A stretch of 63,473 bases of DNA from the NCBI GenBank assembly GCA_945859975.1, contig CAMAPH010000013.1:1-63473 (forward strand). Reading direction: 5' to 3'. Positions within the stretch are counted from its first letter, which is position 1; each line of letters opens with the position of its first letter. Both the position numbers and the translations under genes were made by a program. The notes under the pieces are model-generated. The model did no database searches. It was given only the letters and a program-made list of their open reading frames with translations, and had not been told where the DNA came from. Source of the stretch: Chthonomonas calidirosea (GTDB lineage Bacteria; Armatimonadota; Fimbriimonadia; Fimbriimonadales; Fimbriimonadaceae). Below are positions 58,001-63,473 of this stretch, in pieces.

Positions 58001-59005
58001 CGGCCGAGCGGAAGTCCGCTCACGCTGCCAGCGCTGAATGGTGGCATGGATCCAATTGCGATGGCCTATCCGTTCCAAGGTCGAACAGAGCAGCTGACAT
58101 TGGTCTCCTCTGGGCTCTACCGTGCCCAGGGCGTGATGTGGAACTATCAGCAGCCGATTGGGCTCTCCATGACCCTGAACGGAACTACAACGGACATTCT
58201 GCGGGCTTCTACGCGTAGCGTCGATCCTCAGACCGGAGTTGTTTCGTATGACACCAATCTTGGTGGCAAGGTCTATCTTGAACCTGCCAGCGGCAAGGTC
58301 CGATTCAGCTCGGGCGTCCCGCCACGAAACGGGGTGCTGCTGTTGCAGTACACGCCGTACTTCTTGCGGTTGACCGACGGTTCGGTTGGCTATAACACGC
58401 CGAGCGTTGCCTTCGACAATCACCGTACGAGCGATATCTCTTGGTGGGATAACGGCGCGTGGAACGATGCACGGCTTCGAAACGACCGTGTGGTCACCAC
58501 GTTCGTTCGGGAAGGCGGTGCCGGACAGGCTCCTCGACCTGTTGTCCGCACGATGCGGCTCGGGGTACGACTACCATTCAACTTTGCAACCGACGATAGC
58601 GGGTACCCGGTGTCGGTTCTCGTGGCCGGAAACACGCAGCCATTCATGGTTGATCCGGGCACAAATTCGATCTACTTCACGGCAGCAGATGAGGGTCGTG
58701 CCGTGACCGTCACCTATAGTGCATACTTGCCCGGTTCGGGACAAGGAACGGTTACTCCGTTCTCCACCGGAGCAACGGTAGGATTGATCGACGAAAGCGT
58801 CGAATCGGTCGTACCGATTGAACAGGCAGTCAACGAGAGCGGTCTTTCGATGTTCTTGGATCCATTTGATCCAAATTCCTCGGACGTTCGCTTGAGACGA
58901 CCGACAATGTTGTGGATGGTTTGGTCAAGTACAAGAGCTGGTTCGCCAGATCTGTATCTCCAGACCTACGCACCAAGGCTTGCTCCGGCAGGCTCTGGAA
59001 AGTAA
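52058..59005 (+). CDS. Giant secreted protein (2315 aa) with PQQ/BamB-like beta-propeller and two golvesin/xanthan-lyase CBD-like domains; candidate PilY1-analogous adhesin
   Basis: Signal peptide; FPMLKGNNARTG; blades LFAIDATTGAKLWS, IALNINTGAPVWSF; two Y.(L/V)YV..P...GGGWVRLG...ADA(L/V) units. Confidence 0.8.
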   Translation: MKGSMIRRSLTLGLVLLAAWTGVEQAIAQTVDFPMLKGNNARTGRAGNPLSSSAGIANLRWFTPYGVDETTTIEVDNTDASDAFTQIDNGSNPLAYPGGPYDTNAYGLVTTFPVYGPQKSTYNNAAEWTPPIVTATNNYEASGPYLVARRRAAIGANPVDYTSRSPSYVYTRCIPSAVGSDPSVPLNNGQRRIFQWRVGGPTSSARQYALYVWLPTGPTRVGPGASDLLYPQRYYVYEIIYGNNQRFVEVVDTYASGGGWVRLGAGGRPTNVLFPYSGRSAIRVSLRNTMPRDDAGQLTMPNAPENYIVYADALKAVPASGGYTAGPVVSGLGTSDIRTLAANNTVTSEQVSTSGELVTRTSATVTSYNHNFNSSNLARNTRFTYSPVGNSIGEGNVDDDSTQVTFDAGWTAAAQPEYVNGSGHELVTTNVVGSLQRAIYSNTLSDGDYEVYVYLPGALTGKNFGSRIRYEVREGTTVTNIEVNQQTGGGWVRLGARRFRHRTTTSASQPVPAPLTVAVTNYSPGAGEVGRLALADAVRFRGTGSLAVSSTPVLASVILNLSGGGTGTERVAIVADESGRIHCIDATGRTDGTTDVYWTYPSLKRSDTYIDPNLAEGIDGRTPATADSVPVAEMPNGFSTSSALVQRIGGVDYLFIAATNGRVYCLEMAGRGDYDTSTRTPGTTRRVWTFPDDFPGTARATTLGEAAGSISIGVVSGRTSVIIPTREGRVYAVDAIPADAQDATDRTTNIRWVYPPANQAPLGPITMTPSVEFDRVYVGANQDTDAYKQLIALNINTGAPVWSFPATADLGNSDENSTRSWLSSPVTVPAATLGGGMPNTVFALNENGFLFAIDATTGAKLWSSNELGTGSNTSLTYTVLSTFDNLGSRANSPVVLIPTEDGRFVAMFARTGELNRFGTRRAWEYVAEGETVDAPIAAGNNFLYGADSLGFLYAFNNDTGSPITPGLQPGQETLVENDTRGDIFRETKVALITREAYDRLRLGSTDPNHLTYNDLIDPGTRQIQPAYRVTRSPLAFEWGETGYFVAYDFPYVVANRSNGNNVPPPIVNFSFSVQGEGNRSLPVEARQFRNPLTAPLNLVDPSLTNAGYAIIAYTLQGGGANALPPGAATLSVSISSQAIVSSQVLQNIALDPTLSRVAFSVANPLAVVMTLATPNAVPVDSPVGIGLSRSPSSPDNLINGSPDVAGTAKAEHKLLQTAGQIDHGAARVARLYIIDRSMMSLVRPDGLGLDNVRIDRAGLAWQGQGNTVYKSLTTALYPNFEDLPTRVPNNSIDYPDIRQENVRITKDPNGRTENPVFATGGVSLNAPRILDGGAERPLRQGDLPEDRVFKATVFDFEINVPKFQPPNVGRVRYNQGLIGSGGVPGDPTQLMTDSSGALLDQGYIGNMRVFVDSLQNGSFESGREAFRSFSVSASVLAQEKMRVITPTVDPSSNESTVDLGSLPGGAGKVLNAGTYGPGSARFSPTFKNFTVLNEGNVNMLNVRLAKTFRPGGASATQPFAFESRTNDQQAWLDGSLDLWANFGVDFAPSYGGTNRQIIQKSRVTDSVPTQLVVNPSRRENAILGVASSPLIPGLPSAEPSVSVTVPIGFPVGTYSQIVRVIENQTLTDARPESLDGINATGGRVMETFSDPSFRLIFKNRESRLTNRATTYSDPQVDNLLPANSTLAYKNIQPSILRTMGGHLALAWSSNRPQAVPSPGAPTDILVNEPWRIYFSGLGSAATFNDTTVATPGNLGYSAIRDLNFWNASSANEWWRGSASSTSGYPAPGSNFATLFGLPVAPDANSLRFYHPSFPASGNANATNPGVVSTAFASTVMAFVGEARDGNGQQISRIFASEVTVNATGAVVASDPIPLPFDSNSRKGKPAVIQTGPNSAIVFYPATSGNFTGLMAANLNAAIDPLTGSRWSAPMSIPFGSTFESIAGVSGVLRNYQGNVLTPLIELVVTGKVRGVANAEGFIVRLRPSGSPLTLPALNGGMDPIAMAYPFQGRTEQLTLVSSGLYRAQGVMWNYQQPIGLSMTLNGTTTDILRASTRSVDPQTGVVSYDTNLGGKVYLEPASGKVRFSSGVPPRNGVLLLQYTPYFLRLTDGSVGYNTPSVAFDNHRTSDISWWDNGAWNDARLRNDRVVTTFVREGGAGQAPRPVVRTMRLGVRLPFNFATDDSGYPVSVLVAGNTQPFMVDPGTNSIYFTAADEGRAVTVTYSAYLPGSGQGTVTPFSTGATVGLIDESVESVVPIEQAVNESGLSMFLDPFDPNSSDVRLRRPTMLWMVWSSTRAGSPDLYLQTYAPRLAPAGSGK

Positions 59006-59021
59006 AGGTTTGTTAACAATT

Positions 59022-59114
59022 GGAGATTCAGGACGCAAAGTTCTGGTCTCCTCTTGTATAACGAACCGTTGAGATGTGAGAACCCGTCCTTGAAGGGCGT
59101 TAGGATGGGTTCTC
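59022..59114 (+). terminator. Two hairpins between the giant gene and pilM (possible terminators)
   Basis: GGAGATTCAGGAC/GTTCTGGTCTCC and GAGAACCCGTCCT/AGGATGGGTTCTC. Confidence 0.45.
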
Positions 59115-59121
59115 TATGCTG

Positions 59122-59151
59122 TTGACACGTTCAGCAGGCGAGTGATACTAT
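59122..59151 (+). promoter_or_regulatory. Sigma70-type promoter of pilM operon
   Basis: TTGACA-N18-TACTAT with TG extended -10. Confidence 0.65.
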
Positions 59152-59186
59152 GAACGCCCAGTGAAGGGGGAGAGGGAAGTCGCGGG

Positions 59187-60386
59187 ATGGCGAAAAAGCT
59201 AACAAGCGTGCTTGGAATCGACATTGGAAGTCGGAAAATCAAAGTTTGTGAGGTACGGACACAGGGACGAGAACCTGTTGTAACCGCCCTCGCAATCGTT
59301 GATACGCCCGAAGGCGCTGTCGATCACCAAGGAATTTATAATGCAGAGGCAGTCAGTGCTGCTCTCAAGCAAGCGATTGCACAGTCAGGTGCCGGTTCCG
59401 GTCCTGCTGTCGTAACGATTGCTGGTCAGAGCTCGGTCTTGGTTCGTACCTTGGAGGTTCCGAAGATGAACCCGGCGGACCTTAAGGAGCACATGCAATG
59501 GGAGATCAGCAGAAACATCCCGTTTGCGGAAAGCACGGTGGTCTCGGACTTCAAGCCACTCGGTGGCGACGATCCTGCTTCGGCAAACATGGACGTCGTT
59601 ATGGCGATGGCTCCTCAGTCGGCAATCGATACGGTTGTGGATGTCGTGAAGAAGGCTGGTCGACAGATTGCCGCCATCGACGTCGAACCGCTCAGCATGG
59701 CTCGTTCTTTGCAGATCAGTTATGGCGATGAATTCGCTGACAAGACAATTTGCTTTGTTGACATGGGCGGCACGACGTGCGCCATCAACATCTACTACGG
59801 AAGCAAGCTCATCATGCCTCGCCAGATTCCAATTGGCGGCGACTTGATCACCAAGGCGATTGCGGACGATCGAGTCATTCCGATCTCGGACGCCGAAGCG
59901 GTCAAGCTCAACGAGTTGGTAATTCCGGAAAACGCAGCCGAAGTTCGATCGGCAGTTGTGAACCCGTTCGACGTTCCGGGCGTTCCTACCCAGGAGTTCC
60001 AGCCGTACAATCCGTTCTCGGATGACCCGGTTCCGGCGGCTGAACCTTCAACCGAAATTGCACCTGCATCGTTGGGCGCTTCTGACCGTCTCTTTAATGC
60101 AGTGGCTCCAATCTTGGACGACTTCATTTCAGAAATCCGCCGTTCGGTGGATTACTTCCAGAGCCGAGGCGGTACGGTCGACCGCATCGTATTGGCGGGT
60201 GGTGGCTCCAAGATTAAGGGTCTAAACGATTTCATCTCCAAGAGCGTCGGCGTCCAGTGTGACGCGTACGACCCAACTCGCCGTCTAAATGTCAACGCGA
60301 AGAAGGTCACGCCGGAATTCGTTCACGAGCATCAGCAAGAGTTCGCAATGGCAATTGGCAATGGACTGTATATCTTCTTCGATTGA
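59187..60386 (+). CDS. pilM: Type IV pilus assembly protein PilM (actin-like)
   Basis: GIDIGS..IK, IPF, DMGG.T, EIRRS.DYF, L.GGGSK..GL, AIG.GL. Confidence 0.93.
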   Translation: MAKKLTSVLGIDIGSRKIKVCEVRTQGREPVVTALAIVDTPEGAVDHQGIYNAEAVSAALKQAIAQSGAGSGPAVVTIAGQSSVLVRTLEVPKMNPADLKEHMQWEISRNIPFAESTVVSDFKPLGGDDPASANMDVVMAMAPQSAIDTVVDVVKKAGRQIAAIDVEPLSMARSLQISYGDEFADKTICFVDMGGTTCAINIYYGSKLIMPRQIPIGGDLITKAIADDRVIPISDAEAVKLNELVIPENAAEVRSAVVNPFDVPGVPTQEFQPYNPFSDDPVPAAEPSTEIAPASLGASDRLFNAVAPILDDFISEIRRSVDYFQSRGGTVDRIVLAGGGSKIKGLNDFISKSVGVQCDAYDPTRRLNVNAKKVTPEFVHEHQQEFAMAIGNGLYIFFD

Positions 60387-60395
60387 GGTGAACGC

Positions 60396-61265
60396 ATGAA
60401 GCTGAACCTACTTCCACAAACCGTATCGACGGCGAACAAAAGTCGCAATGCCTGGATCGGCTCGATCCTGATTGCGATTGTTGGGATCGCCGCCGGAGTC
60501 GGACTCACCGTTATTTCCTCACAAAAGCTTGCTGATGCGAAAGCTCGAGAAGCCGAACTTCGGCCTCAAGCCGCCTCGGTGGTTGCACTTGCCGCGCAAG
60601 CTGACGAAGTCATTGCAAAGGGATCGGACATCATCCGAAACTCCACCCTTGCCAATGACATGATCAAGAACAATTCGAAGTACCCCGATCTTTACGATAA
60701 GGTGCTCACCCGAATTCCAACCTTCTTCCGGGTCACGACGCTGTCTGCTCAGGCTACTGGAGATCAGTCGGCCGTCGTAACCATTGACGGTGTTCTTGAC
60801 ACGTATCAGCAGTACTCCGATTTGGCACTGAGTCTTCTTCGGATTCCAGGTGTTACTTCGGTTCAGAGAAGCGGAATCGTTGATCGAAGTCTTGTCATTC
60901 CTGGCATTGACGAAGTGGACCAGTACGGACGGCCTCGAACGGCTAACAATGCTGAGCCGATTCCAGATAACGAGATCGATCGACTCGCTTACTACGAGCG
61001 TCAAGGAGCCATTCGAGAGGCCACCGGTATTGGTGGTTTCGGCGACACGACGACTACTGCTCGATCGGCAGGGCCAAACAGCTCGCTGGTTCGAATGGTC
61101 ATCAATATCTCGGCAAATCTTCAAGTCCCCGATGTTCGCGGAACCTTGCAGGGTGGCGGCGGTGGAGCGGCAGCAGCCGTTCCTGGAATCCCAGCCGGCA
61201 TTCCTGGTCGTGGAACCACATCTGGCCCAGCTGGCGGCGGCGGAGCAGCGCAGGAAGTAGATTAA
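60396..61265 (+). CDS. pilN: PilN-like alignment protein
   Basis: LNLLP PilM-binding motif, single TM, coiled coil; follows pilM. Confidence 0.75.
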   Translation: MKLNLLPQTVSTANKSRNAWIGSILIAIVGIAAGVGLTVISSQKLADAKAREAELRPQAASVVALAAQADEVIAKGSDIIRNSTLANDMIKNNSKYPDLYDKVLTRIPTFFRVTTLSAQATGDQSAVVTIDGVLDTYQQYSDLALSLLRIPGVTSVQRSGIVDRSLVIPGIDEVDQYGRPRTANNAEPIPDNEIDRLAYYERQGAIREATGIGGFGDTTTTARSAGPNSSLVRMVINISANLQVPDVRGTLQGGGGGAAAAVPGIPAGIPGRGTTSGPAGGGGAAQEVD

Positions 61266-62086
61266 TGAAACTTAGCCCGTTACCTATCTATATGATCGGC
61301 GTATCCATTGCGCTTATCGCTGCGAGCTACGGTTTCTTCCATCAGTGGACGCCAAATGACACGGAAGCGAGTCGATTCAACGCAACTTCTGAAGAATTGC
61401 AAGCGGTCATTGACCAGCGGCCACAAGCGCAGCGACGAGTTGACACGGCGAAAAGCATGGTTGAAGCCGAAGCCGCGAAGTGGCGAGCCATCGTTGCACT
61501 TCGAACTCCGGCAACTAGCCGAGCTGAGCGAGGCGTTGACATCGGTGTGAATCCGTATCAGTTGATCGCTGATACACAGGGTTACCGGAACGACATTCAA
61601 CGAGCCATCAACGCTCAGGTTCGAGCTGGTGGAGTCGTCGTTGTTCAGGGGCCTTACGTTCCTGGTCCAGACACGACGTCACCAGTGAACGAAGTTCTTC
61701 GAACTTTCTACAACTACCCGCCGTTTGCCTTCCCGGTAGTCATCCTGGATCTTGGTCAGGTCACCGTTCGCGGCACCTACGATCAGATCAAGGCGAACTA
61801 CAAGGCGTATTCGAAGATGCCGAGATACTTGGCAATTGCCGACGGTCTGCGGCTTGAGGGTACGGGAGCAACTTTGACTGGAACCTACAACCTCTCGGTC
61901 ATTGGATTCATTCGAGGTAAGAAGATTGCGCCGCCGATCGGTGATGCCGCTGGCGCGGCACCTGCAGCCGGAGGAATCCCTGGCCTTCCGCCAGGAGTTA
62001 CTCCATTCGGTGGGCCTGGTGGTCCGCCTCCAGGAGCCGTCGGTGCCGGTGGACCTCCTCCAGGTGCGGCAGGAGCAGGGCGATAA
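61265..62086 (+). CDS. PilO-like alignment protein
   Basis: N-terminal TM, coiled coil, V.GTY.QI.......KMPR ferredoxin-like pattern; synteny. Confidence 0.65.
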   Translation: MKLSPLPIYMIGVSIALIAASYGFFHQWTPNDTEASRFNATSEELQAVIDQRPQAQRRVDTAKSMVEAEAAKWRAIVALRTPATSRAERGVDIGVNPYQLIADTQGYRNDIQRAINAQVRAGGVVVVQGPYVPGPDTTSPVNEVLRTFYNYPPFAFPVVILDLGQVTVRGTYDQIKANYKAYSKMPRYLAIADGLRLEGTGATLTGTYNLSVIGFIRGKKIAPPIGDAAGAAPAAGGIPGLPPGVTPFGGPGGPPPGAVGAGGPPPGAAGAGR

Positions 62087-62826
62087 TGAGACTACTGAAC
62101 ATGAACCAGATCGGAATCTTTGGACTTTCTGTTCTAGCCCTTGCCGTTGTAGGCTGCGGTGGTGGACCTGCCGCGACGACCACTACGGCAGCACCTGCAG
62201 CAACGCCGAAGCCCGTCAATTTCGAGCCAAACGTCGACGCTGGTGTGCCCGTTACGCAGTCTGCTGATGTGGCTGAATACACCAAGCTTGCGGCGGTCAC
62301 TTCCGGTAAGTATCCGAAGCACAATGCGAACGGCTCGGCCTTCAAGCTTCGTGGTTCTGAGCTTGCCTATGAGGCGGAGCAAGGAATGGAGCGAGTCTTC
62401 GCCAGCTCTGGTTTCGCGGTTGAGTACGAAGAGCAGGAAGTTATTCCTCCAGTTGCTCGATTTGAACCAGCGCCATTCAGACGGCTTTCTGGAATCGTCG
62501 TAGGCGTTTCGGTGATCGCACTCCTTGAAATGGAAGATGGCACCACGATGCTGATCCGCCCAGGAATGAGCATTCCTGGCACCCAGTGGATTGTTCAGGC
62601 GATCGATGAAGAAAAGGCTACGTTCCGCCGGGTAACCAAAGAGAACATCCAACCCAAGCTTGTGGTTGTTCGGCTTGAAACGGCTCCGCCAGGAACCGTT
62701 TTCGCTCCACCTATTGGCGGTCCTGGGCAGGGTCCTGGTGGCGGCAACGTTCCGCCGGGCGGATTTGCACCCGGTGGATTCCCACCTAGAGGCGGCGGCG
62801 GCGGTAACGACAAGGGTGACGATTAA
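62086..62826 (+). CDS. PilP-like lipoprotein
   Basis: LAVVG-C lipobox; RLSGIV.G....ALLE..DG....IRPG beta-domain; synteny. Confidence 0.65.
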   Translation: MRLLNMNQIGIFGLSVLALAVVGCGGGPAATTTTAAPAATPKPVNFEPNVDAGVPVTQSADVAEYTKLAAVTSGKYPKHNANGSAFKLRGSELAYEAEQGMERVFASSGFAVEYEEQEVIPPVARFEPAPFRRLSGIVVGVSVIALLEMEDGTTMLIRPGMSIPGTQWIVQAIDEEKATFRRVTKENIQPKLVVVRLETAPPGTVFAPPIGGPGQGPGGGNVPPGGFAPGGFPPRGGGGGNDKGDD

Positions 62827-62892
62827 ATGAAGCAAAACGAAACGTCAACTTGTGCATCAAAGAAGAAGAGGCTTACAATTAGGAGCAGAAAA

Positions 62893-63473
62893 ATGAAACT
62901 GACACTCAAAGCATTCGCGGGGCTGATCGTACTAGGAGGTCTTTACACCACTAGTCTGGCTCAAGACAACAAGGACGAGCAGATTGTCGCTTCCGTCCAA
63001 TACGAGCAATCGGACGTGCGGGAAGCGCTTCGTGCCCTGTTCAAGTCTGCGGGCGTTGCTGGTTACACCATCGACCCGACGGTACAGGGAACGGTTACGG
63101 CCAACCTCACGAACGTCACCCTTGGAGTTGCGCTCAACGCGCTTCTTCGACAGGTCGATGCGACTTACCGAGTTGAAAGTGGAATCTATCAGGTCCTTCG
63201 AAAAGAAGCTGACCAGACTCCGGCCAATTTGAACCCCAATGATGTCGTTGCACCGGTTACTAACCGAGTTATTCGACGAATCCAGATCAAGTATGCGGAT
63301 CCACAGTTGATCGCGATTTTGATCGGCACCCAGGGCGGAAGCACGAACTTCTCGCAGCTGGTTGAGCAGTCCACAATCACGCTCGGTTCGCTGTTCGGCG
63401 GCGGTGGCGGCGGTCAAGGTGGCGGCGGCTTCGGCGGCGGTCAGGGCGGCGGTGGCTTCGGCGGCGGCCAGGG
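62893..63473 (+). CDS. Secretin N-terminal (STN/N0) domain protein, truncated by window end
   Basis: Manual translation after AGGAG: signal peptide, DVREALRALFK.AG...Y.IDP.VQGTVT.NL.NV....AL..LL, IKYADP, then GGGQGGGGF repeats. Confidence 0.78.
   Translation, partial: MKLTLKAFAGLIVLGGLYTTSLAQDNKDEQIVASVQYEQSDVREALRALFKSAGVAGYTIDPTVQGTVTANLTNVTLGVALNALLRQVDATYRVESGIYQVLRKEADQTPANLNPNDVVAPVTNRVIRRIQIKYADPQLIAILIGTQGGSTNFSQLVEQSTITLGSLFGGGGGGQGGGGFGGGQGGGGFGGGQ

Noticed and set aside
59030..59050. GGACGCAAAG resembles the c-di-GMP-I (GEMM) riboswitch core upstream of pilM
   Set aside because: The upstream GGCAAAC/GNRA hairpin and P2 features are missing, the sequence is explained by a simple hairpin, and it lies upstream of the predicted pilM promoter; an Infernal RF01051 scan would settle it

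Overview
GC-rich bacterial chromosomal window. The gene repertoire is most consistent with Armatimonadota/Fimbriimonadaceae, which is an inference. Left part: the 5' end of a spermidine synthase, then four tandem paralogous secreted TolB/PD40-like beta-propeller proteins. Next come two duplicated cassettes, each a DUF1559-like prepilin plus a small lipoprotein, sharing an identical 141-bp leader/N-terminus. After a rhamnulokinase, a CsoR-family metal sensor sits divergent from a His/acid-rich DUF1559-like prepilin, with a CsoR-type operator between them. Middle: housekeeping and metabolic genes (cysS, lexA, PPIase, rsmI, Wza-like, ruvC, GH20, hemW, PfkB kinase, Gfo/Idh/MocA, argS, epimerase, htpX). 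Right half (32.5-63.5 kb): an unusually large type IV filament locus. It runs pilB (no zinc cysteines), pilT, pilC, an inserted vapBC, pilD, and four prepilins of increasing size (about 275, 640, 760 and 1060 aa). Two giant secreted beta-rich proteins (1587 and 2315 aa) follow, then pilM-N-O-P-like genes and the start of a secretin-N-domain protein. The most novel candidates are (i) the retractile pilus with a giant tip complex and (ii) separately regulated DUF1559-like pilin cassettes, including a metal-regulated one, that could be interchangeable substrate-capture subunits for it. All annotations come from motif recognition by eye; no searches were run.
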